This document shows positions 21,439-30,645 of a stretch of 64,000 nucleotides of DNA, piece by piece. Each line of letters starts with the position of its first letter. The first letter of the stretch is position 1. The notes under the pieces are model-generated. The model did not search any database. It was not told where the DNA came from and worked only from the letters and a program-made list of their open reading frames with translations. Made by a program: the position numbers and the translations under genes. Source of the stretch: Planctomycetota bacterium (GTDB taxonomy: Bacteria > Planctomycetota > PLA2 > JAEUHO01); the NCBI GenBank assembly GCA_965223505.1, contig CBDCWP010000021.1, forward strand, positions 1 to 64,000, read 5' to 3'.

Positions 21439-23310
21439 GTGAAGATGCGGCTCGCGGTGATCGCTCTGCTCGTCCTGCTCGTGCCCGCAGGCGCTGTGCA
21501 CGCCAAGGGCGGCAAGCCGAAGAAGCCGAAGCCGCTGACGGTCAGCCAGGCGCGCAAGATCCTGGTGAAGGCGTGGAAGGAGCAGCGCAAGCAGCGCTGG
21601 TCGCGCCTCGACTCCAACGCGTTCAGCACCGTCTACGCGGTGGCCGTGCGCGAGAAGACGCCCAAGGCCATGGACCTCATGGTCGACCTCGCGACGATGA
21701 CGCCGCAGCCGTACCAGCGGCACCGCGCCGTCGGCTACCTCGCGACGAGGTTGAAGCCGCACGAGAGCGAGCCGCGCGGACGCCACGCGCTGCGCCTGGC
21801 CGACGCGGCCAAGGAGCTCTCGCTCGACATCAAGCCCTCCTCGTTCGTCACGCCCAACTGGTCGATCGCGGAAGCGCGCGATGCGAACAACATCATGGAG
21901 CGCTACCTGGCGACCTACTACCTCAACGAGCTCTTCTACTTCCCCGAAGACGCGAAGGCGTGGGTCGTGGACGTGATGAACCACAAGGGCAGCATCGCCC
22001 GCCGCGCGCTGGCCCGCGCCTTGATCGAGACCGCGCCGCCGGATCTGGAGAACGCGGTCGTGAAGCGTCTCCGCGCCGAGCGCCGGGCGGAGGTGCGCGC
22101 GCTGTGGATCGAGGTCGCGGCGATCTACGGGGTGCAGGAAGTGCAGAAGAACTTCGTCGCCTTCGCGGCCGCCGACGACGACGCGGTGCGGGGCGCGGCG
22201 CTTCGCGCGCTCGCCACCACGCCGTCGGATCCCGAGTGGCGCGAGCGTCGGTTCCTGCAGGGGATCGACTCGGAGATCCCCATCGAGGCAGCGCTGGCGG
22301 CGCACGCCGCAGGCCTCACGCGGCGCGACGCGTTCGCCGGACGCCTGGGCGAGCTTCTTGCGTCCCCGCATTGGGAGGTGTCGGCGCAGGCCGTGGACGC
22401 GCTGGCCCAGATTCGTAGCCGCCGCAGCATCGAGGTGCTCGTCAAGACGCTGCCTGAGATGAGCTTCGACGTCGCGAGCCGCTGCCGTTCGGCACTGTTC
22501 CGGCTGACGAACCAGCGCTTCTACGACGCGAAGATGTGGCGCGAGTGGTGGAGCCGCAACCAGAGCTTCCAGCCGAACACGTCCATTCCCGTGACGGAGC
22601 TGCGCGAACGCATCGTCGGCCAGGTCGACATGCTGCCGCCGGAAGGCCGCCGTTTCGTGGTCGTCTGCTTCCTGCCGGGCGCGACGGCGCTGTCCGGCGA
22701 CGAGCCCGCCTACATGCAGAAGATGTTCGACGCGGTCCTGCACGGCCTCGACGAGGAGGCGGCCGTCGGCATCCGTGCGAACGGCTGGTGGAAGATCGAA
22801 GGCAGCCGCATTCGCCTGCAAAGCGACCCGAAGACCAGCCGTTCGCGCTACATGCCGGTCCTCCCCGCGGGTCTTCGCGATCGCGGTGAGGCGCCGATCA
22901 TAAGCGACAAGAAAACGTCGATGATCCCGTACGCCGACGCCACGCCGCAGGCGATGAAGACGGCCAAGGACAACGTGCTCACGATCGTGAAGCGCAACGG
23001 GTTCCACACCGGCTCGGACCGCGCGATCTGGAAAGAGCTCGAGTACGTGTTGCGCAACGCCGAGACCGAGTCGATCGTCCTCTTGACCGTCCGCGATCTC
23101 CCCGAGGTGTCCGAACGCGAGATGCGGCACCAGATCGCGCGGCTGCGGTGGGCGACGGTGGGACGGCCGATCCGGGTGCGCATGGCGCACATCGGCGACG
23201 CGTTTCCGCAGCGGTTGATCCAGGTCGTCGAAGGCCTGGGCGGGATCTGGAGCTTCGCGCCGCCGCCGCCGAAGCCGGAGCCGAAGCCGCCCGCCCGCGA
23301 CGGCGGCTAG
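21439..23310 (+). CDS. Secreted HEAT-repeat protein with C-terminal vWA-like domain
   Basis: Signal peptide; HEAT units (DDAVRGAALRAL, HWEVSAQAVDALAQI), LTNQRF..WREWW, ETESIVLLT. Confidence 0.7.
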   Translation: MKMRLAVIALLVLLVPAGAVHAKGGKPKKPKPLTVSQARKILVKAWKEQRKQRWSRLDSNAFSTVYAVAVREKTPKAMDLMVDLATMTPQPYQRHRAVGYLATRLKPHESEPRGRHALRLADAAKELSLDIKPSSFVTPNWSIAEARDANNIMERYLATYYLNELFYFPEDAKAWVVDVMNHKGSIARRALARALIETAPPDLENAVVKRLRAERRAEVRALWIEVAAIYGVQEVQKNFVAFAAADDDAVRGAALRALATTPSDPEWRERRFLQGIDSEIPIEAALAAHAAGLTRRDAFAGRLGELLASPHWEVSAQAVDALAQIRSRRSIEVLVKTLPEMSFDVASRCRSALFRLTNQRFYDAKMWREWWSRNQSFQPNTSIPVTELRERIVGQVDMLPPEGRRFVVVCFLPGATALSGDEPAYMQKMFDAVLHGLDEEAAVGIRANGWWKIEGSRIRLQSDPKTSRSRYMPVLPAGLRDRGEAPIISDKKTSMIPYADATPQAMKTAKDNVLTIVKRNGFHTGSDRAIWKELEYVLRNAETESIVLLTVRDLPEVSEREMRHQIARLRWATVGRPIRVRMAHIGDAFPQRLIQVVEGLGGIWSFAPPPPKPEPKPPARDGG

Positions 23311-23314
23311 TCGA

Positions 23315-23363
23315 GGCAGCCCTCGTGGCCGCCCTATTGGGCGACCACGAGTGTCGCGCCTAC
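23315..23363. repeat. Degenerate REP doublet
   Basis: GGCAGCCCTCGTGGCCGCCC-TATT-GGGCGACCACGAGTGTCGCGCCTAC. Confidence 0.75.
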
Positions 23364-24040
23364 CCGGGCCGCTCGCGCCACGCGGCAAGAACCAGATACA
23401 CCCCCAGCACCGTCACGATCGCGCCGCCGGGCATGGTGCCGATCCAGATGCCCGTGCACGCCACGACGATGCCGGCGACCGTCCCGGTCCACGCCGTGGC
23501 GTGATAGGCCGCCATCGGCTCCATGCGCGTCTGAAACGCCGCGCGCAGCGCGCGGCCGCCGTCGAGGGGCAGGGCGGGGATCAGGTTGACCGCCCCCATC
23601 AGGAGGTTGATCGCGAACGCCAGCGCGAGCACGTCCGGCATCCAGAGGGCGAGCGCGAGATCGGGCACGTCGCCGCGCGCGAACAGGAGCGCTCCGAACA
23701 CCGAAGCGAGCACGAGGCTCATGAACGGTCCGGCCAACGCGACGCGCACCTCGTCGCGGGGCGCGCCGCGCTGCACGTACGCGAACGGCAACAGGTGCAG
23801 GAAGACGCCCGAAACGTGCAGCTTCCGGTGCCGCGCCATCCACGCATGGCCGAGCTCGTGCAGGAACACGCAGCCCAAGAGAATCGCCGCGGCGACGAGC
23901 CGCGTACCGGTCGTGCCGCCGGCGTCGCTCGCCATGATGAGGAAGCCGATGAGCAGGATCAGGATCGGATCGACGTAGACGCCGATGCCGCGCAAGCGGA
24001 AGAGACGCACCCACAGCCCGCCCGCGGGCATCGTCGTCAC
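23360..24040 (-). CDS. Site-2 protease (M50 intramembrane Zn metalloprotease)
   Basis: HELGH, VALAGP, NLIPALPLDGGR. Confidence 0.93.
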   Translation of the reverse strand: MTTMPAGGLWVRLFRLRGIGVYVDPILILLIGFLIMASDAGGTTGTRLVAAAILLGCVFLHELGHAWMARHRKLHVSGVFLHLLPFAYVQRGAPRDEVRVALAGPFMSLVLASVFGALLFARGDVPDLALALWMPDVLALAFAINLLMGAVNLIPALPLDGGRALRAAFQTRMEPMAAYHATAWTGTVAGIVVACTGIWIGTMPGGAIVTVLGVYLVLAAWRERPG

Positions 24041-24062
24041 GTCGGGCGTGCGCGTCTCTTCG

Positions 24063-25694
24063 TTACCGGTCGACGTACGTTCCGCCGTTCTGCTCCGCGA
24101 GCTCCTTGAGGAACTGCACGGTCTCCACGAGATCGACGCCGATGCAATGCAGCACGACGCGCTGGTACTTGTTCCACTCCGCGACCTGCGCGAGAATCTC
24201 GTCGCTGTACTGCTTCGCGGCGGCGGCGGTCGGGAACGGCTTGGGCGTCAGCCCGCTCTTCGTCGGCGCGCCGTCCGAGAGCACGATGATGGTGTCGAGA
24301 TTGATGTCCGGATAGGCCTTGTCGAAATTGACGAGGCCCGCCAAGCGAAACGCGAGCTTGAGGGCGCCGTGGATGTACGTCGAGCCCTTGGGCTTGAGCG
24401 CCCGGATCCACTTGTAGGCGTCCTTCTTGTTCTTCTTGGAAGCCTTCATCATCGTCGGCTTCCACTGCTTCGAGATGTGGTTGAAGGCGATGATGTTGAA
24501 CGTCGTCTCCTTCGTCAGCTTCTCGATCGCCTTCTTGAGCTCGTGCTTCGCGACCTCGATCTTCGGGCCGCTGAGGATCTCCTCCGGCGGCGGCGGCGGC
24601 GGCGGGGCGCCGTCACCGGTCGTGGTGGGCGGCGGCTTCCATTTTTCGGCCGGATTCTCGTTCTTCGTGGGCAGCTTCATCGAACCGGAGATGTCGATCA
24701 CGAACAGCACGCGGTCGGACTTGATGCGCAGCCCGTAGAACTCGACGTCGGCGTGGTCGATGGGCTTGCCGCCCTTGCGCACCTTGGTCTTCGAGCCGAA
24801 CTCCTCTTTGTGCTCCTCCCACCACTTCGCCCAGACCTCCGGGTACGCGTCGAAGTTCTCACCCGTGAGGTGCTGCAGCGCCTTGCCCATCGCCTCGGTC
24901 ACACGCGGCGACGCGGGACCGAGCGCGCTGATGAGATGCGGCACGGCGCGCTTGAGGTCGCGAGCCTCGATGATACGGACGGCCTGCATCTGCACGGCCC
25001 AGGACGAATCGCCGAGACGTCCGATGACGAGGTCTTCCCAGCCCTCTTCGGCGTTGGCGAGCGCGTCGAGCCCGGCGCTGCGCACGCGATGGTCTTCGTC
25101 CTGGATCAAGGCCTTCTGCAGGTACTTGAAGCTCTCCGGCTCCTTCGGATCGCGCGCGGCAATGCGTGCCGCCGCGGCGCGATACGGCCACTCGCCGCCG
25201 CTGGCCGCGCGCTTGAGGATGACCTTCTTCAGGACCTCGGGCCCCTCGAGAAGCACGGAGAGCACCGCTTCGAGCGCTTCGTTCTCCGCCTTCACGACAC
25301 CGCGCATGGACGCGATCTTCTTCTCGAGCTCCGCGGACGCCTCCCAATCCGGATCGGTGAAGCCGCCTTGATCGCCGCCCTTGCGCAGCAGGCTCGCATG
25401 CTCGGCTTCGTATTGGTCGACCTCGTGGTGCACCTCCCACCAGAGCTCGCACTCCTTGACGAGTGCGGAGGTCAACAGCCGCCACGACCGGCCCTCGCCG
25501 TCCTCGATGAAGACCTTGAGCAGCTCCGCTTTCTCCTTCGGCATGCCGCGCTTGGAGAAGAGCTCTTCGAACTTGACAGACGCTTCCTTCCACTCTTTGT
25601 TGTCGAGCTTCGCTTGCGCCGAGATGCCGCTCGTGAGCAGAGCGATGGTGGCCGCGAGAAGCAGCAGCGTCGGCCGTACGTGGGGCATGCGCAT
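24063..25694 (-). CDS. Secreted HEAT-repeat plus vWA protein
   Basis: Signal peptide; HEAT repeats, LTGENF..WAKWW, DISGSM MIDAS, GSTYI, LSDGAP, LAEQNGGTY. Confidence 0.85.
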   Translation of the reverse strand: MRMPHVRPTLLLLAATIALLTSGISAQAKLDNKEWKEASVKFEELFSKRGMPKEKAELLKVFIEDGEGRSWRLLTSALVKECELWWEVHHEVDQYEAEHASLLRKGGDQGGFTDPDWEASAELEKKIASMRGVVKAENEALEAVLSVLLEGPEVLKKVILKRAASGGEWPYRAAAARIAARDPKEPESFKYLQKALIQDEDHRVRSAGLDALANAEEGWEDLVIGRLGDSSWAVQMQAVRIIEARDLKRAVPHLISALGPASPRVTEAMGKALQHLTGENFDAYPEVWAKWWEEHKEEFGSKTKVRKGGKPIDHADVEFYGLRIKSDRVLFVIDISGSMKLPTKNENPAEKWKPPPTTTGDGAPPPPPPPEEILSGPKIEVAKHELKKAIEKLTKETTFNIIAFNHISKQWKPTMMKASKKNKKDAYKWIRALKPKGSTYIHGALKLAFRLAGLVNFDKAYPDINLDTIIVLSDGAPTKSGLTPKPFPTAAAAKQYSDEILAQVAEWNKYQRVVLHCIGVDLVETVQFLKELAEQNGGTYVDR

Positions 25695-25760
25695 CGGCGG
25701 GTCTCCAGGGGGAAGAGTGTACCCGCCGGGCGCGCACCGCGGGATCGCAGGCAAGGACCG

Positions 25761-26552
25761 TTACCGGCGGGGAACGTAGATCCGCAGGTCGATCAGGATG
25801 GGCGCGTGCGACGCGTCGTCCAGCTTCTTGAGCGACTCGGCTCGCTCCATCGGGCCCACGCCGTACGGCAGCACCGCCACGTGCGCGTCGCCCTTCTCGA
25901 ACCGCGCGACCGCCCAGAACGCGGTTCCGGGCTCCAGCGCTCGCGCGCTCTTCGGCCCCACTTCCTCCACGGCATCGAGATCGGGACCGATGGCGAAGTG
26001 GGCATAGCTCGAGAACACGCTCGCCGAGCGCAGCTCCCCCGTGTAGGGACCGAGCCGTTCCTCCGCCGCCGCGAAGCGCGCCTTCCACTTGTCGAGCGTC
26101 TCGTCCTCGGTCATCGACGCGTGAACCCACTGGCGAATCCGCGCGTCGCGTTCTTCGTCGGGAATCTCGGCGTTGAGGACGTGCATGACGCCGCCGACCA
26201 TCTTCGACGTCATCTCCTCGAGACTGCGATGGCCCATGAAGGTGCACGACCCCATCGCGATGGAGAGAACGAACGCCCAGATGGCGAACGCGCGTCCGCG
26301 GTACTTCGCAGGCTTGGCTCTGCGCATGCCGATGATCGCGATCACGAGCGGGATCGCCATCAACCACCAATAGCCGGTCACGAGCGCCGCGAGCGACAGC
26401 GCGAGCGTGATGATGAACGCGGCAAGCGACGTGCCGGAGATCGGACGCCATCCGGGCGGCGGCGTGTGTTCGCCGGCACCGTCCTGGTGCGGCGGCATGC
26501 CGGGCGGCATGCCGCGTTCGGACGCTTCATCGGGTTCGGGACGTTCTTCCAC
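25761..26552 (-). CDS. Membrane protein (DUF4190-like N-terminus)
   Basis: Pro-rich N-terminus, ISGTSLAAF, TM helices, RGRAFAIWAFVLS. Confidence 0.65.
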   Translation of the reverse strand: MEERPEPDEASERGMPPGMPPHQDGAGEHTPPPGWRPISGTSLAAFIITLALSLAALVTGYWWLMAIPLVIAIIGMRRAKPAKYRGRAFAIWAFVLSIAMGSCTFMGHRSLEEMTSKMVGGVMHVLNAEIPDEERDARIRQWVHASMTEDETLDKWKARFAAAEERLGPYTGELRSASVFSSYAHFAIGPDLDAVEEVGPKSARALEPGTAFWAVARFEKGDAHVAVLPYGVGPMERAESLKKLDDASHAPILIDLRIYVPRR

Positions 26553-26581
26553 GACCCCCTTGTACTAAGGAACGCGGCTGC

Positions 26582-27886
26582 ATGGGTACGCGCAAACCAC
26601 TGTTGCAAGGCCCCGAAACCACCGGTACACAGGTGCGCCGCAAGGAGGCGCGCATCAGCAACGACACGCCGAACGACGGACCGCGACGCCCGGCCCTGGG
26701 CGTTTGGCGGCTGACCCTGCCCGCGGCGCCGTTGCCGCTGCTGCTGCGCCGCGATCGTCCGTTCGACAACACCGCGACGGCCACGTCCGCGGCCGACGTG
26801 CTGCGGTACGTCGCGGTGGCGCGCGCGACGCTCAGCGGTCCGCTCGTGCTGGAGATCGACGGCCCGGGCGACCCGCTGGCGAGCCCCGAGACGGTGCTGC
26901 GTTCGCTCGCGCTGGTGCACGAGCACCATCCGGACGTCCTGACCGGCCTGGTCATCGACGGGCCGCTGCTCGCGGAGTACCAGGAAGAGCTGGAGGCGTT
27001 CGGGCTCAACTACCTCGCGCTGCGTCTCGACGCCGTGCGCCGCTCTACGGCACAGCGCCTGGTGGACGGCGCGGTGTACCGCGCGGACCTGCTCGACCGC
27101 GAGGCGGCGGCGGCCCTGTACGTGGACGAGTCGAAGCGCGCGCTCTACGTGGCACGCGAGAGCGGCATTCCGGTCGCGATTCGAACGACGTTGATCCCGA
27201 CCGTGAACGCGGACGAGATCGGCGAGATCGCGCGGGTCGCGGCGGAGGCGGGCGCCGAGCGTATGGACATCCATCCGCACGATCCTCGGCCGGACACGCC
27301 GCTGGTGAAGGGCGGCATTCCGACGGACGCGGAGCTTGACGAAGCGCGCGCGCAGGTGCACGCGGCGTTCGAGCGCGTGGAGCTGCACGAGGAGGGCGAG
27401 CATCCGGAGCTCTCGTGGTTGGCGCCGGACCGATTCCAGCCGGTGGACATCGACGCGCTGGAGGCCGTCGACGTGCTGCGCATCCTGCCGGACCCGCTCG
27501 GCGAAGAGCCGGAGCCCGGTCGCGTGCTACCGCGGCGCCGCGCGCAGCTGATCGCCGTCGCGTCGCGGGACGGCACGCTGGTGGACCGTTCGCTCACCGA
27601 CACGCCGAACCTGCGCATCTACGCCGTGACGCAGGATCACATTCGCCTGATCGGCGGACGCACGTTCGTACCCGACCGCCGGCGCCGCGAAGACGGCGTG
27701 GGTGACGCGCGGGTGTTCCTGCGCAGCCTGGTCGGCTGCAGCGCGCTGGTGGCGACGCAGCTGTCGAAGCGCGCGGTCACGCTGCTGCAGGCGGTTGGCA
27801 TTCGTCCGGTGGCGGTGCGCGGGCCGGTGGAGGAGATCCTCGACCGCGTCGCGCGCGGGACACTCCGACACGCGCAGGATCAGTAG
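26582..27886 (+). CDS. NifB-like protein (radical-SAM-like barrel plus NifX-like domain) lacking Fe-S cysteines
   Basis: EIDGPGDPLASPE, TTLIPTVN, IHP..P..TP..PT..EL and IAVASRDG..V..L.GCSALV..GIRP track the NifB pattern; no CxxxCxxC and only one Cys; start uncertain. Confidence 0.7.
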   Translation: MGTRKPLLQGPETTGTQVRRKEARISNDTPNDGPRRPALGVWRLTLPAAPLPLLLRRDRPFDNTATATSAADVLRYVAVARATLSGPLVLEIDGPGDPLASPETVLRSLALVHEHHPDVLTGLVIDGPLLAEYQEELEAFGLNYLALRLDAVRRSTAQRLVDGAVYRADLLDREAAAALYVDESKRALYVARESGIPVAIRTTLIPTVNADEIGEIARVAAEAGAERMDIHPHDPRPDTPLVKGGIPTDAELDEARAQVHAAFERVELHEEGEHPELSWLAPDRFQPVDIDALEAVDVLRILPDPLGEEPEPGRVLPRRRAQLIAVASRDGTLVDRSLTDTPNLRIYAVTQDHIRLIGGRTFVPDRRRREDGVGDARVFLRSLVGCSALVATQLSKRAVTLLQAVGIRPVAVRGPVEEILDRVARGTLRHAQDQ

Positions 27887-28557
27887 GTCACCGGGTACGG
27901 GTTCCCGACCATGTTGAGCAGGAACAGAGCACCGGAGAGGATGACCCCTACGCCGATCGCGACGCGCCAGACGGTGGGAATTGACACTAGCCGTAGGCGT
28001 CGGCTCCGGCCTTCCTTTCTGGGCACCGCATCCTCGAGGCTCTGACGAAGCAGCCGCACGCGAATCGCATCCTTCATGTTCCACCAGAGGATGAGGTTGA
28101 AGAGGGCGATCCCCAGTTCTGTCGGGCCGGTCACGAAGACCAGACCGAATGTGCCTGCGTCACGGAACTGAGGCACGGCCAGGAATGCGAGGAAAGCGAC
28201 CTGCACCGACGCCAACCCGAACGTCGTGGCGAACGGCGCACGCGCCACGACGAACAGTCCGGTAACGAACAACGACGCGAGCAACAGATGCGCGACGAGT
28301 ATGGACCTCGGAGCGCTGAGCACCTCGGCGAGAATCAGCGTCGTAGCGATGCACGACAGAATCGAGCCGATCGCGATCAGTATCGCGAGCTTCGTCAGCG
28401 TCTTGCGCTCGAAGCTCTCGCGCTCGGCCACACGAAGGAACGAGGTCGCGACGTTGCCGCCGGTCGAGCTCATCCGCTTGGTCGCGCGGTCTCCGACCGC
28501 CTTCGGATCACCCCGGCGTTTGATACGGATCGGCGACCAATAGTTCCAATCGGCCAT
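27880..28557 (-). CDS. Hypothetical multi-pass membrane protein
   Basis: About five hydrophobic helices; TACAAT box 8 nt upstream; visibly more A/T-ending codons. Confidence 0.6.
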   Translation of the reverse strand: MADWNYWSPIRIKRRGDPKAVGDRATKRMSSTGGNVATSFLRVAERESFERKTLTKLAILIAIGSILSCIATTLILAEVLSAPRSILVAHLLLASLFVTGLFVVARAPFATTFGLASVQVAFLAFLAVPQFRDAGTFGLVFVTGPTELGIALFNLILWWNMKDAIRVRLLRQSLEDAVPRKEGRSRRLRLVSIPTVWRVAIGVGVILSGALFLLNMVGNPYPVTY

Positions 28558-28597
28558 TCAACCCGATTGTACGCGGCCGCTCGGGGGCGCGCCGGCG

Positions 28598-29188
28598 CTA
28601 CTGCTCGCGCGTAACCGGCACGTTGGCGGGACTGGCCGTATCGAAGGTCCACTCGACGGTCTCGTTGTCGGCCTGACGAATCAACTTCAGCCAACGGACC
28701 TCTTTCGTGATCACGTGCTTGAACGAGAGGTCGAACGTGTACTGGTACCGATCGTCGACGAGCGTCATCGCGCTGTCGTAACGCAACGGACTCGCCGTGT
28801 GACGCGCGCCCGTCGAATCCTCGAGCAGGAACGTCTCGTCCGTCGGGCGCGTGAACGCCTGCGAGCGCAGCGTGACGTTGAACGTCGTGTAGCCGTACTC
28901 GAAGTACGCGCGATGCCGTTCCGTCGCCGTGTCCGGATCGGCTTCGAACCGGATCCAGGCGGAGTCTTCCAGCGTCGCGATGAGAACGCCGTCCGGGCTC
29001 ATGCGGGTGAACGCGCGCTGCGCGTCCGCGAGGTTTGCGTATCCGGGCGCCGCGCCGCCGGCGACGGTCGGTCGCGCGGCGCCGGTCGCGGGCAGCGGGT
29101 TCGACCCTCCGCCCTGGCAGGCCGCGAGCGTGAGCCCGAGCGCGAGGACCGAGAGGGCGGCGAGCGACGAGCGAGTCGAGTCGGACAT
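28598..29188 (-). CDS. Lipoprotein of unknown function
   Basis: Hydrophobic signal with lipobox LAAC; GGAG RBS. Confidence 0.7.
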   Translation of the reverse strand: MSDSTRSSLAALSVLALGLTLAACQGGGSNPLPATGAARPTVAGGAAPGYANLADAQRAFTRMSPDGVLIATLEDSAWIRFEADPDTATERHRAYFEYGYTTFNVTLRSQAFTRPTDETFLLEDSTGARHTASPLRYDSAMTLVDDRYQYTFDLSFKHVITKEVRWLKLIRQADNETVEWTFDTASPANVPVTREQ

Positions 29189-29242
29189 TGGGGTCTCCCT
29201 TCGGGCGCACCCATGGGGGCGGCGTCCGTAGAATCGAGGTCC

Positions 29243-29929
29243 ATGCTCAAGCTGGACGCCACCGACTACTACGATCTTTCCGAAGCGGGCAGATTGCTAC
29301 TCAAAGATCCAGGTCGGCTGGCCCGCGAAGCACGTTTGCGGAAAATCCCCTCGGCCCACATCGGCGGAGAAATCGGGCTCCCGAAGCCGTGGGTCGACGC
29401 CGCGGCCGGTCTGACGGCCACCGACGAAGACTCCATGCGCACCTATTGGCTCGCGCGGCTGGAGCCGCCGTCGCCGGACGCCCATCGGGCGTCGCGCGGC
29501 CGCTCGGCGCTCGGCGACGTGGAGCTGTTGGACGGCGACGAGGCGGCGAAGCGGGTCTTTGCCGACGCGGCCGGGCTGCGCCGGCTGGCGATGGACGGCA
29601 GGCTCCCACCCATTCGGGTGGATGGGCGCCCACGGTACGACGCGCTGCTCACGGACCTCGTCGCCTACGAGAAGAGCGACGAGGACGCGGCGCGTGCGGC
29701 GGGTGTTCGGCGCACGCAGGTCATCGAGTGGGCGCGCTTCGAGTACACGACGGAAGATGCCGGCGCGTCCAAGGTCGTCGAGCAGCTGCGCGAGGCGTAC
29801 GGCGACGAACGGGCGGCGGGCGAAGAGGCGGTCGAGCCCGCGTACGAGATTCCGACGGAGCTGCAGCTGGACGAGATCGAGCCGCTCATCGAAGCGGATG
29901 GGTTCGAGACCACCGTCGACGACGACTGA
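29243..29929 (+). CDS. Protein with two excisionase-like (HTH_17-type) repeats and acidic tail
   Basis: YYDLSEAGRLL..RKIPSAHIGGEIGLP and LLDGDEAAKRV..GRLPPIRVDGRPRY; D/E-rich C-terminus. Confidence 0.55.
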   Translation: MLKLDATDYYDLSEAGRLLLKDPGRLAREARLRKIPSAHIGGEIGLPKPWVDAAAGLTATDEDSMRTYWLARLEPPSPDAHRASRGRSALGDVELLDGDEAAKRVFADAAGLRRLAMDGRLPPIRVDGRPRYDALLTDLVAYEKSDEDAARAAGVRRTQVIEWARFEYTTEDAGASKVVEQLREAYGDERAAGEEAVEPAYEIPTELQLDEIEPLIEADGFETTVDDD

Positions 29930-30001
29930 ACAAGCACTTCGCCGTCGGGCCGGAGCGTCTCGATCGGGCGCCGGGATCGGGTCGGTGCCGGCGAGAACGA
30001 G

Positions 30002-30550
30002 CTAGCCTTCCGATGCCGCCCGGATGGCTTGCAACATCGTCGTCACCCGTTCGTGCACCGCGTCCGGAATGATCGGGTTCACCACGTCCACGAACACGGC
30101 CAGGTAGCGAACGGAAAAAGAGCTCTCGAGCGTCTGCCTTAGCTCGTCCTCGCCCACCCACTTGCCCCAGATCACGAAGACGATCGTGCACAACGCGACG
30201 CCCATCACCGCGCCCATCGCAAAACCCAGGCAGCGATCGGTGCCGGTCAAGGACGCGTTGCGCATGGCGCCGCGCGCCATGTACGAGATGATCACCGCGA
30301 GAATCCAGACGACGACCAGGATCAGAAACCAGCCGGCCTCTTCCTTCCACGCCGAGGGCAGGAAGCCGATGTTGTCGTTCAGCCACGCGCCGACACGCTC
30401 GTTCTGCCAGCCGGCGATGACGATGGCCGCCCAGAGCCCGACTGTGCGCACCGCCTGCCACGCGAAGCCCTTGAAGGTGCCGCGGACGGCCAACAGGAGG
30501 CACACGACCAGCACGATCATGTCGGGTGTGGTGAGTGCGGCGACCGGCAT
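30002..30550 (-). CDS. cvpA: CvpA-family membrane protein
   Basis: DMIVL..RGTFKGF, LTGTDRCLGFAMGAVMG, four TM helices. Confidence 0.85.
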   Translation of the reverse strand: MPVAALTTPDMIVLVVCLLLAVRGTFKGFAWQAVRTVGLWAAIVIAGWQNERVGAWLNDNIGFLPSAWKEEAGWFLILVVVWILAVIISYMARGAMRNASLTGTDRCLGFAMGAVMGVALCTIVFVIWGKWVGEDELRQTLESSFSVRYLAVFVDVVNPIIPDAVHERVTTMLQAIRAASEG

Positions 30551-30645
30551 GGGCGGATGGTACCGGGCTCCCGAGGCCCCCATCACCTTCCGTCGGCGCG
30601 ACGCAGAACGACCGGTACCATGACCGGCCGTACAGGAGCCCTCCA

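Noticed and set aside
24585..24640. GGC tandem repeat as a contingency locus
   Set aside because: Encodes an in-frame poly-Pro linker inside the vWA domain
26582..27886. Evidence for nitrogen fixation
   Set aside because: All NifB Fe-S ligand motifs are missing and no nifH/D/K/E/N is in the window
27880..28557. Horizontally acquired island
   Set aside because: Single gene with somewhat different codon usage; no flanking repeats or mobility genes, and GC content not computed
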